Assembly (NCBI RefSeq): GCF_009914755.1
Contig: NC_060935.1
From: the human T2T-CHM13v2.0 reference genome, Homo sapiens
Strand: one strand, 5' to 3'
DNA length: 64,000 bases
A program made the translations under genes and the position numbers. This document shows, one piece after another, positions 1-15,749 of this stretch (position 1 is the stretch's first letter; every line of letters begins with the position of its first letter). Below the pieces are notes generated by a model. The model saw only the letters and a program-made list of their open reading frames with translations, was not told the DNA's origin and made no database searches.

Positions 1-522
1 TACTGACTCCTAGGCCCATCCCCAGCTGATGGAGAAGCTAAGCAGAAACTGCAGCTAAGACAGAGATTCAAAAGGTAATTGTGGTGAGGGGTTCACAGGG
101 TAGGGGAAGAACAACCCAAAGAACTCACAGGAGCTAAGAAAACATAAGAAAAACATGAGCAAGAGAAAGAAGCGCCTTTTTCCCCTCCTTTCCTCTTGTT
201 AAATGATGATTGACACACCCGGGCTCAATTTCCAGTTCATTACGTAACACTCTGAGCAAGTCATTTACCCTCTCTGAGCTGAAGTCTTTTTGGCTGTACA
301 ATGGGGATAATTATACTCAGTTCATAGAGGCCTTTTGATATAATGCCTATGAAAATGCTACATGAAAGTGAAGCATTTATCATCAACACAATTAGCTGAA
401 CTGGTTAGGGTTAATGAGGTCCAGGTTGTACCTCCGTTCCCATTAGACTAATTAGCCACCCTCAGACATAGATGCTACAGGTAGGTCAGAGATTGTGCCT
501 CTAATCCAGACTATTGGCTTAG

Positions 523-911
<389 letters not shown>

Positions 912-954
912 TAAGAAAATATAAGATTTCTTACAAAGTTACTAAGAAAGGTGT

Positions 955-1255
<301 letters not shown>

Positions 1256-1258
1256 GGT

Positions 1259-1264
1259 TTTATT
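1259..1264 (-). terminator. Candidate intronic polyadenylation signal AATAAA in LRP4 intron 2
   Basis: TTTTGTACAATAAAACC on the minus strand with UGUA upstream and a U-run downstream. Confidence 0.45.
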
Positions 1265-1532
1265 GTACAAAATACCAAAATAAGAAACATAGAAATAATC
1301 CACATTTGTGTATAGTATATAAATTTTAAAACGCACAAATATGCGGTACATATACACAAACATATTCACATAAATACAGAGAGACCTATTTAAAGAAACT
1401 CCCTGTTGTGTTCTCTTACACGTGTTGTCAAGTTTGTTTTCTTGGACATATATGCATGAACCAACCAAAAGAAACACAGGAGAGTTGGAGCCATATATAG
1501 TGAAGAAACTACCCAAATGTCAATATCTATCA

Positions 1533-1838
<306 letters not shown>

Positions 1839-2217
1839 TCAGCTCCCACTCAACCCAAGCCCATTCCGAGGGGAAAGTAGAGGAGCCTAGTCCAGGGGCA
1901 CTGTCACCTGGAGAGTCACAGTGACACTTCAAGGGAGATGCAGGCAGTAAAACCATGCCTCCTCCAGGGCATAAACGACCCAGCAGATACCCTCTGACTT
2001 TGGGCTTACAAAGAGTCCAGGTGACCCGCTCTATGACAGGGCTTTTTTGCATGGCACCTCTAAGGGCCCAGAAACAGATGATGCCACCTAGGCTAGGCAC
2101 AGTGGCTCATACCTATATCACAGCACTTTGAGGGGCTGAGATGGGAGGATTGATTGAGCTCAGAAGTTCAAGACCATCGTGGGCAACATAGTGAGACCTT
2201 GTTTCTACAAAAAACTA

Positions 2218-2418
<201 letters not shown>

Positions 2419-3357
2419 TCAGAGGTTTGGTGCTTTTGAAGAAGAGGAACAAGGGACAGAAAGGGTGATGTTGAGAGGCCTCCATAGCCTTCTCACTAAA
2501 ACTAGGTTGAGATATGGACGCTCTGCCTCTGTCTTGGACCAGACCCTGGGATGTTGGCCAGGGAGGGCAAGAACTAATGGTGGAATTAAAATGCTGGAGC
2601 CTCTTTAGGATAAGGAATCCACACAGGGGAGCAGGAAGCAGGGTGGGCTGCTCTGAGTCCCCCAGGCCACCTCAGGGCAGAGTAACTGGGACCTGCCAGG
2701 GCCTTCCTGTCTGTGGCACAGGCCACAGCCTTGAGGAAGGCTGGCAGATGCAGCCTCTCCCCCGGCTTCAGCAGCACGCAGCTGGGCTTCCCTATTGAGC
2801 ATCGAGCTATCTGCCTGGCCAAGTCCCATGACCAGCTGCTGTGCCCCCTCCCCAGCGTGCCCAGCAGGATGCCCTGGGATGGCGTGTGAATGGCTCAGTG
2901 CCCTGCTCCAGCCTCAGCTGGAACAAAGGGTTCTGCCAGGGTCACTCTCCCCCCTCCCAGCATTCATCCAACCCGCTGGGCTGCTCTGCTCGCAGCTGGG
3001 GAAGGAGGGGGCCGCAGCGCATGGCTCATCTCTCCCCCTTCCTTTCTTCTCCTCTTCCTTCCCTCAGCTGGACCCTGCCCTCAGGCTGGGCTGAAACAGA
3101 GAAGGAGTCAGCTCGAAATTGTCACCCCTCTTCCTATACTCTGTACCTGGTCCAGCTTTTCTCTCTCAGCTCATCTCCTTGATGTACATCCTTGTCTCAC
3201 ATTATAATTCCTTGGCCTAGCCTAGGGCTTAGGGCCAGGATAAAAAGGTGTGCTGCCATGCCCTCCAAAAGCAGGGAGAGAGCTCTAGAACTTTCCCTCT
3301 CCATCTCAACCCCAAGAGTAAGTGCAAGCATAAGGTAAAACTTCCTAGCCTGCAATG

Positions 3358-3394
3358 CATGGATGGATGGATGGATGGATGGATGGATGGATGG
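3358..3394. repeat. (TGGA)n microsatellite
   Basis: Direct observation. Confidence 0.9.
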
Positions 3395-3577
3395 CTTTTG
3401 GGTTCTGTGAATCCCTGATGCTACAGGTATAATGTACGTTTCTGGGGTAAGGGATCACAGCTTTCACCAGATTCTCAACTGAGGCCTGGCCCTCTCCCTC
3501 CACATGCTATGGTAATCAGCTGCTCTAGAAAAGATGCAGGATTGGGCTGGGCGCGGTGGCTCATGCCTGTAATATCA

Positions 3578-3913
<336 letters not shown>

Positions 3914-4284
3914 CTAGACCTCACAGGAAGGCCTTGCTCCAAGCCCAGTGCTCCTGTCTCTTCGGGTCTCTCTACAAATGCAGGGTAGAGGATTCTTCCC
4001 CAGGAAGCACTAAAAGACCCAGGTGCCCCTGCCCCCACTCCATCCTTTCTGGCCTGAGAACTCTGAGAAGGGAGGAGGGTTTTTCTCACTCAGATCCTGG
4101 ACAACACAGCCTGAGGAACTTCAGTAGTATGACAGGCTCAGCACAGCTGTAGGCACCCTTTTGGTGAACTCTAGCTGGATTGAACAGCAAAGATGTTTAA
4201 TTCCACTCCATGTGATGGGACTCCCCGGTACACAGATCCCCTTCATGGGGTATCATGGTGAAGAAAAAGGATAAGGCTAATAAG

Positions 4285-4800
<516 letters not shown>

Positions 4801-4803
4801 CTA

Positions 4804-5394
<591 letters not shown>

Positions 5395-6300
5395 TCAATA
5401 ATGGAGGCTGGGGTGTGCAGATGCAGGGCTGTGCAGATGCAGGGCTGTGGAGGCTAAATTTTTCCAAAAGGCCTTGATATTAAGAATCAGAGTACCAGAA
5501 TAGAGCAAGTAGAGCAGTGTCCTGGGGCTGCGTGCAAATGAAAAGTCATACTGGTAGGGAAGAACCTTAAGCTCCGTTTGTTTTTTTAGGGCCCCACCCC
5601 CGCCTTTGGCTGAGTGATAACAGAAGTCCCGATTTCCCCCGCGCAGACTGTAGGAACAAAGCATTCCATCGGTGGGCATCAAGTTAGTTGCAGGCAGTTG
5701 AAGGGCCTCGACTTCCTGCATGTCAAATCAACATCTCAGCGTCCGCTGCAGTGAAGGGCGGGCAGCCACCGGTCAGGCAAACGCTTGACTTGGGCATTCA
5801 TACAGTAAACAGACACATTATACTCCAAAAAGCCAGCTCTTCTGGGCAACTGCTGTCCCTCTGGGGTCCTCAGAGGTGGAATTCTGCCTTTTCACTCAAG
5901 TCCTGGCTGTGATCATAAAGGCAGCTTTTAACCCTTTTTAAGGAAAAGAATGGTGAGTGAAGAAAGAAAACAAATGACTGTGGGTGGCAAAATGCAGCCT
6001 TCATTTTAAGAAGTGTTGAATTAGAACACTTCACTATGCTCTGGCCTTGAAAGCTGCCAGCCACATCGCAAGCTCCCTTAGCCTCCAGGGGCCTGGGCTC
6101 TAGCCCCTCCACCTAATGCAATTCACTATGGAAAAGGTCTGTCCGCAAGGTATCTTTGATCATGAAGCCATCCAGCTTTTGGGATATATGTTAATGTGCT
6201 CATAGGATGTTTCTCTAGAGGTTAACTAAAATCTTACCTTTTACATCTCATCTCTCCCACTCCCGCCATCTTACCACTTTCTCACGGCTTTCATATAAAG

Positions 6301-6511
6301 CAAGCTTGTCCAACCTGAGACTTGCATGGCCCAGGATGGCTTTGAATGTGGCCCAACACAAATTCGTAAACTTCCTTAAAACATGAGATTACTTGCGATT
6401 TCTTTTTTCTTAGCTCATCAGCTGTTGTTAATGTTCATGTATTTTATGTGTGGCCCAAGACAATCCTTCTTCCAGTGTAGCCCAGGGAAGCCAAAAGTCT
6501 GGACAGCCCTG
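6301..6511 (-). mobile_element. MER30 hAT-Charlie MITE
   Basis: Matches the recalled MER30 consensus; exact 8-bp TSD ATATAAAG (6293-6300 / 6512-6519). Confidence 0.85.
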
Positions 6512-7196
6512 ATATAAAGGAAAGAAGGGAAACATCCATCTGGTATACAAGACACACTAACTTAGTAGTAGACAACATAGATTCTAAAGTCAGAGAGATG
6601 AAGGTTCAAATCTTGGTTCTACCACAAATTCCGCAATTTTGAGCAAGTTAGTTAATCCCTCCAGGCCTCAGTTTCCTCATCCATAAAATGGGAATATTAA
6701 CAGTTCTAACTCAAAGGGCTTTGTAAAGATTAACCCATATAAACTGCTTAGCACAGGGCTAACACACAGCAAAAGCTTCATAATAATATAACCATCTTTT
6801 TTTTTTCCGAGATGGAATCTTGCTGTGTTGCCCAGGCTGGAGTGCAGTGGCGCGATCTCAGCTTACGGCAACCTCCGCCTCCCGAGAAGCAATTCTCCTG
6901 CCTCAGCCTCCTGAGTAGCTGGGATTACAGGCACCCATCACTGCACCTGGCCAATTTTTGTATTTTTAGTAGAGACGGGGATTCACCATGTTGGCCAGGG
7001 TGGTCTTAAATTCCTGACCTCATGATCCGCCCACCTCGGCCTCCCAAAGTGCTGGGATTACAGGCGTGAGCCACTGCGCCTGGCCCCATCATTTATTAAA
7101 TACTTACCAGGTGCCCTCCGAGTACTTTTCTAAGTGCTTTTCATATGCTACATCACTGAAGGCTCTCAACAACCCTAGGAGGTGGTACTGTTATTA

Positions 7197-7276
7197 TTAG
7201 TTTGATGCAAAAGCAATTGCGGTTTTTGCCATTACTTTTAATGACAAAAATTGCAATTGCTTTTGCGCCAACCTAA
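7197..7276. mobile_element. MADE1 (Hsmar1-derived 80-bp palindromic MITE)
   Basis: 80-bp near-palindrome TTAGTTTGATGCAAAAGCAATTGCGG...GCAATTGCTTTTGCGCCAACCTAA with TA on both sides. Confidence 0.9.
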
Positions 7277-8180
7277 TATTATCACCACTTTACAGCTGGG
7301 GACAATGAACCACAGAAAGGTTAAGTCTGTAGATAGATTGCACAAGTACTAAGGGTTGAGGCCAGCATTCACACCCAGGCAGGTGATTATACTGCTTCCC
7401 AATAAATGGTATTACTGTTGTGAGAATCTCCAAAACCCCAAGGTCAAAAGGGGGAATTTACAACTTCTGGGTCCCTCTCTTTTATGTGTTCTCCAATAGC
7501 AAATATGCAGTGAGTTTATGGGTCTCAAACAGTGACCTCTTTCTGGTTACTGCTAAGGTAAAGAAAGATTCATTTCCCTCGCCGGAAGGTAAAGTAATGA
7601 AGTGGGGAAAGTCTGGCGTCCCAGCACTTTTGAATCAGCACTCGAGTGTTGTTGGTCCAGGGAACAGGGCTTCCCATAACAAATAATTATACTTTGCAAT
7701 TTCTCTTTAGTTTGTGAGCTACTTTTGCATATGCACTTGCATTCTCATTGAATCATTACAATAATCCTGAGCAATGACTGCAGGGCCCATCCAACAGGTA
7801 AGGGCACCCGCTTTGGCCAAGGTCACAAGGTAAGTAGGAGAGCCAGGATGGCAGCCCCATTCTGACACTTAAACTAGTATTCTTCTCTTAGTGTGATCTC
7901 AGAGTCTGGACTTTCAGTAAGCTTTCCGGGTGACACCGATGCACACTCAAGTGTCTAGCGGCACTGCTCTCCACCATTCCATAGAATGCACAGCTGAAGG
8001 TGGACCACATCTGTCACATGGAGGCACATGGGTAGACCGTGACTACTCACAGCTACAGACCAGCTTTTTCAAGCTGAACCAGAGATGAGAAGGCTTAAGG
8101 AGTACCCTGTGAGTGTTCTGGAGTCTGGTGGCTACCCCAGTGTGGAAGCTATTAGGATTACAACGAGAAAAGGAGGAATC

Positions 8181-8500
<320 letters not shown>

Positions 8501-9509
8501 AGGAATCACCATTCGTTTATAATATGCTAAAGCATATTAGCATATGCCTCTCTCCTTTTATCCACTGGCAGCAATAAATACAAGTTCGTTGAATGAATGA
8601 ATGAATGAATGAAACACTCCTCTAGAATCTTGTGAAAGCTGGAGTCAAAGGAAAAGAGACTCAGAATATCATAAATAAAAGTAGTTATTTCCTACCTAAC
8701 CAGTGCTGGAGAGAACAGGAATCTTCTCGTTTGCAAGGCAGCCTCTTTGTCCTACCCAGGTTTTGTTTACTCCTTTCTCCTACAAGAGTTCCTTTCACCA
8801 GCTGTATTATCCGGCTGTGAAACTGACACGCCATGTTTCTACTTATTTCTGTCCCATGGTCCCTTTTATTCCCGATTCCTAGAGGCCAGCTTAACTTGGT
8901 TGGTTTGGAAAATCTACCAGGTGAAGTCTTCTCCTCAGTGGCCCGTTTCGAAAGGGACATGTCGGGCACATGATTGCGGGTCCAAGCAAGTTCAGCCCTC
9001 TCTTGCTACTGTTACATACAGAAAAGAAGTCCTTAATGGTTAGCCTCCAAAGTTATGAGGCAGAAGAACATAATGTTAAGCACGGAGGAACAAAACTCCC
9101 CAGGATAAAAATCCTGACTCTGCTAAGTTCCTAGCTGTCTGACCCTGGGCAGCTATTTAACCTCTTTATATATAATTTTCTCATCAGGAAAATTGGGATA
9201 ATAAAATCCCCTAACTTACAGGAATGTTATGAGAAATAAATTAGTTATTTCATAAGAAGGACTTAGCATTACTGCCTGGCACATACTAAGTGCTCAATAA
9301 ATAATAGCTCTTGTTATTACTATTAAAGATTTGGCTTACCCCAGAACTGTCACATCCAACCACTCCATGATTAAGACCTGCTATTTTAGGACTTGAGATG
9401 TTTGAAAACCCTACTGTGTACCAGGCAGCAGTACCACCACCATGGGTTAAGTTGGTGGCATGAATAACTGCAGAGTCTTGCTTTATTGCCTTTCTCTGAA
9501 AGAGCTTGA

Positions 9510-9725
<216 letters not shown>

Positions 9726-10857
9726 TAGAGACAGGGTTTCTCCACATTGACCAGGCTGGTCTCAAACTCCTGGCCTCAAGTGATCCACCTGTCTCGGCCT
9801 CCCAAAGCACTGGGATTACAGGCACGAGCCACCACACCCAGCAAATCTTTGCCTAATTTATCACCAACTAATTCTGAGGAGCCAAGGACAGGAGAGAGAA
9901 TCCAGAAACTAAAGTACAGAGCAATTAAGAAATGGATTAGTTTCCACTTTTGTAAATCAGGAGTAATAACAGTATCTATTTCATAGGGTTGCTGGGAGGT
10001 CTAAATGAAATAATACGTATGAGGTTCATACTAGACAGCTGTTATTGTTTTTCTTGTTATTTGTACTAATCCCATTATCTTCATCTGGATATGTCCTCTC
10101 TCTCAACCTAGTAATGTAGCCAATGCCAGGCTATCTTTGTATAGATCCTCAAAATTCTACCTGCCCTACCTGGAAGCTGTCAACAGATTTCACAAATCCA
10201 ACAGGGCTCAAACATGGCTGTGCTCTGTGAAGGGCTGCTCAAAATATTGCTTTCCCTTCCCCCTACATCTCAAATCAGAAGGTCCACACAGTAACAAACC
10301 ACATTTGTTTATGGCTGTTCAGGGAGCAACAAACCACATTTTTCTGGAAACCTTTTAAAGTCTCTCTCTTCTCCTGAGCCCATGAGTTCGAGGCTACAGT
10401 GAGCTATGATCATGCCACTGCACTCCAGCCTTGGCAATAGAGTGAGAACCTGTCTCAAAAAAAAAAAAAAAAAAAGTAAATAAAAATAAAGTCTCTCTCC
10501 CTCAAGAAGCACCTGAGAAGTAATTCCTTATGCATTCAGACTCCCTGAGAAGATGTCTGAAAACAGAGGAGAGGTCAATCCAAGATGAAATATAGACCTT
10601 CCCAACCTAGATCTTCTGGGATAGCCTGGAATCCTGGCTCAGTTACTCACTATTTGTATGACAGGAAACTGCTCTGAGCCTGTTTCCCATCTGTAAGATG
10701 GGAATCTTCTTTTTTTTTTTTTTTTTTTGAGACGGAGTCTCGCTCTGTCGCTCAGCCTGGAGTGCAGTGGCACAGTCTTGGCTCGCTGCAACCTCTGCCT
10801 CCCAGGTTCAAGCGATTCTCCCACCTCAGCCTCAGCCTCAGCCTCCTGAGTAGCTGA

Positions 10858-11025
<168 letters not shown>

Positions 11026-14000
11026 TAAGACGGGAATCTAATGTTACCTACCTCATAAGGATATTGTGAGGAATAAATATGATATCATATACTAAATGCT
11101 TATCACAGTACCAGGGACACAGCAAAGCTCTCAAAAATGCTAACTGCTCCAGAAATACATTTGGATTTTTTAAACCACATATCCCAATTTGTAAATCCAC
11201 ATATCCCACAATTTGCAAAAATTGTCATTGGAGGAGATCATTCCTAGAAGAGCAGAAATTCTCATTTGGGGAAGATACATTGTAGAGTTGTTGGCTTTTA
11301 TTGGCTCTGGGAGCCTGTAGTTGAAACTTATTGTTTAAACTGCCCGTGGAAGGAGGGTGGAAAACCTGGGGCTCCCCTTTCCTATTTGCTAGGCTTGTGG
11401 ATGCCATAACCTGGCCTCTCCACTTGGTTAGAAGGAGGCTACAGTCAACTCAACAGAGAAGCTGTCTCTTGTCCTCATCCATGCCAGCGCGTGGTTGCAG
11501 GCCACTACCCCTCCCCACCTCCCCCAAGGCGTGACAGGAAGTGGAGCTGCCGAGCTTGGAGAGATCCCTGGAGGCAGTTACAACCTTGCAGCTTCTTTAT
11601 TTCACATGCTAATCAGGTGTCTCTCCGGATACCCTTCTCTGTACCTGCTCTGCCCTACACCCAGACAGAGGGAGGGTCCCTCTCCCGCAAAAAGGCACTG
11701 CCTGGAGCCAGGAGCTTCCCGGCTCCAGAAAACCTCCGGTGATAAATTATGCAGCAGCACCTCTGTGTCACTGCCTCTCAGCTAGATGGGAGGTTTGCTC
11801 CCAGTCTTTTGTTTCCGGCTCTGCTTGCCGCTCTGATCCTCAGCTGTGCATAGAGGTGAGGGGGAGCTCCCATAGGCCAAGTCAGGGCTTGCAGCAAGTC
11901 CCAGCCAGGCTTTCCCCAGTTGGGTCCCAGACAGCGCCCCTCCCCTCATTCGAACCTGAATGATGGGGGAGTCCTATTCCGCATGGGGAAACAGGGTGTC
12001 AGGGAGCGCTAACAGCCAGTCCGCTCATCTGTGAGCAAGAATGGGAATGCCTACGAGCAGTGAAAGAATGAAGTCTGCTTGGATGGGCGTAAGAGGCGCC
12101 CAAGGGCACCTAGGATGTTTGCTTCTTGCTAAATCAAAAACGCACAACAGAAAATGGAGGCAGACAACCGTCAGGAAGCTAGAGAATTGGCTCTTTTTAA
12201 CAGCTGCTCTTGGTTACGGTCAACTTTCCGCAGCTCCCAAAAATCACATCACTGGCACCAACTTAAAAAGAAGAAACAAAAGAGACAACAGGGGTCAAAC
12301 TTTGAGGTGGAGGAACTAGGGGTTGGGGGCTATTCGGGGCTGGAGACCCACATCAATTAGGCCTGCAAGCTGACAGGCTTCCTGATTGAAAATGGTAGCT
12401 GCGAAGGCTCCACAACAGCCCAGCTCCCAAATTGGGGCAATTACTACCTTATGAGCTCTGGAGCCTGACTCCTTTCTCAGGCCAATGGGAGGGAGGGCTT
12501 GGAATTCTAAACTGTTCCAGCTACAAGAGTCCCTGGCCAGCCCCTCTCACCCCATGTCACAGGAATCTTAGCAGGAGAAGTTGCTAGGCTGCATCCCTGA
12601 CCACTTAAGAAGGGAAACTCTCAGAGGAAAAGCTCCATTTCCCCAGACCTCTCTCAAGAGAACTAAGGCGACATGAGTTCCCCTAGACTGATGTTATAGC
12701 TTAGCAGACTTCTTTTCTAGGAGTGGGCACAAGTGGGAACTATGCTTCGGTTCTATCACGTTTTCAAGGGGAGAAAGAAGGGGCAGATCTTTAAAAGAGA
12801 CAAGCAAAAGACCAGCTGCAATGAATGAAGGACCAAGTCTCAATTTTAGCACAGAACACGGTAGCATAATTATTTACCTGGCTCCCATGTTCTAAAGCCA
12901 AGAATCATCTCGGATCCACTTAGGTGACTTTGCTTACAGCTAACTTTTATCAAGCTCTACAGTAACACAGTAGTTGCCAAGCTCTGTGCTGCATAGTTTG
13001 AACATGCTATTATCTCAGGTAAATTTTATGATATTCCTATGTGATAATCTATTACTACTTCCCTTCCCCTACCCTACCCGCCTTTGCAGGTAACAACCCT
13101 GAGGTTCAGGGAGATTTTGCACAGGGTCACCAAGAATTGCCAGAGCCAAGATTCAAACCCAGGTCTGTGGGTGCTTCTTAATTGCTGAGCTTCGTATACA
13201 GTGATTATATTAATGCTTGACATATGTGTGTTTGCTGAATGAATGAACAAGTGAATGGGTGTGGAGCCTAGTTTGAGGAATGCTCCCGATTGTACGAGGA
13301 ACTCATTCCTGCCAGCTCTAAGCTGGAGTGAGAGTGACAAGCCCATGCAGTCATCAGAACTATTTATAAGGTCAAACTCAGGCTCTGCCAGCTAACCAGT
13401 CAGCACTGAGTCTTCCCTGGGACACTGAATCCTCACAGGCTGAGGAGGGGAGGAGGGCTTCCGCTGCTGAAGATGAGATGGCAGTCCAGACACAGTCTGG
13501 GGCCCAGATGCCCCATGTCCAGGCAACTGTGACAAAACTCGTGGCTAAGCTGCATCAAGGAATGTAGAGAGACCATGGCTGGAACAGGCTAACAGACCTA
13601 GTCAACCAAGGGCACAGACTGTCTCGTAATCTTACCCAATCATAAAAAAGACAAGATTACTTCTTAAAGTAGTCCCTGAAATTCTGTTCCTATTCAGGAA
13701 CCCCCAGTATTTTTTTTTTCTTTAAAGGGGCAGCAACATAAACAATTTCTCCTATTTTCCTTCTAACAGTTAAGACTGGCAGTTAATCGGTAGAAAGAGT
13801 GAGCAAAGAGCTATAAAACACCGTGTCCTCTGTGACCTCCTGTGTTCTTTGCTGGCCCAGAAGATGGACATACCCAACGTGCTCTGTATCAGACATGGCC
13901 AGACTTGGTTCCCTTGCACCTGTCATTCTTAATACCACGTGCCAGTCCAAAAGATGTTATCTGATATTCATCAGGGTACAGAAGAGGAAATCCAAAATCA

Positions 14001-14436
14001 GTGACAAGCCAAGTATGTTTCACAAGCCCAACAGATCAGGGACAAGGTCACTCAAGCACCATGACAACCCTGGTCACGACAACAGCGAGATGGAAAGGAG
14101 ACCAGTCTCAGCTCAATTGCTCTGCACTTATTTTCAGATACAACCTTCTATCTACCCAAGCACGCCTAGGCAGAAGTTTTAACATTTCCCTTACCTGGAT
14201 GAGACCTCTAGAACAAACACACTTTCCACTCTTCCAATGGTTGTCATCCATGCCCTTACTTCAAACTTCAGGATGAAAATCACTCAGGGCTATTACCAGC
14301 CATCAAGTTTCCTTCCAAAATCTTTAAGGTTGGAGAGTTATGTGGGCTGAGTCCAAACCAATAGGCTCTAGGAAAAGCCCCAAGGACTAGCAGCATCCAA
14401 ATAAGCACCTTAAACTTTATTTATTTATTAAGATAG

Positions 14437-14643
<207 letters not shown>

Positions 14644-15749
14644 TGAAGTGATCCGCTAGTCTCAGCCTCCCAAAATCACCTTAAACTTTAGTGTCTTTAA
14701 TTCATGCCTTGCTGAGGTCAGGTCTGCCTAATGGATCTACTACTACATTTATCACAACTGCTGTCTCCCTGAGCCCCTGGAATTGAGTGTCAGTCCAAAA
14801 GATGTTTTGGTGGTATTTTTGGTTGTGCTGGTTCCAGGCTCTGAAACTGCTCAATCTTACTGGTGAACTGTGAATCTGACCCCCCAGACCTCCAAGGATG
14901 GCTCAGTATCAGGCCAGGTGATGTGTATACCTTCACCCCACTGCCTACCCTTACAAACATGTGCACAGAAAGCTTCCCATGCTTAGACGTTTCTATTAAA
15001 CTTTTTTCCTTAAAAAGAAACCTGGGCCGGACACAGTGGCTCACACCTGTAATACCAGCACTTTGGGAGGCCGAGGCAGGTGGATCACTTGAGCCCAGGA
15101 GTTGGAGACTAGCCTTGGCAACATGGTGAAACCCCATCTCTAGAAAAAAAAACAAAAATTTGTAGGGTATGGTGGTGCATGCCTGTAGTCCCAGTTACTC
15201 AGGAGGCTGAGATGACAAGATCACTTGAGCTTGGGAGGTCGAGGCTGTAGTGAGCTATGATTGCCCCACTGCATTCCAGCCTGGGCAACAGAGTGAGACA
15301 CCCTCTCCAAGAAAAAAAAGAGAAAGAAACCTAAAAGCGTTACCGCGAATCCTCCCATTCTTTTTCTGTGAAACATTAGACATACGCAATTCTCTCCCCC
15401 CATTCTCACCCCCATCCTCTATGCACATGTAATATTTGCAGCGTTGACAGCTCTGGAGCAGTAAAATCTTCTTGGCCAGTCTCAGCCCGGAACCTTCCAG
15501 CTCCCCCTTCCCTAGGGCAGAAGGCGACAATCTCCTCTCTGGCTTTGTTGGTATCCGTTTTAACCCTAATTTTTTTTTTTTTTCCCAGTGCCTTGCCATT
15601 TCCCTTGATCTTTTTCAAAACTTCCTCCAGGGGGCTGAGAGGAAAGTTCCATCCCCTTTCCTTGCAACCCGAAGGGGGAAACCCCCCAAAAAGCAAAGCT
15701 GTCCCTTTAAGGGGCCCATGTGGTGGGAAGAACAGCTACATTCCTACCC

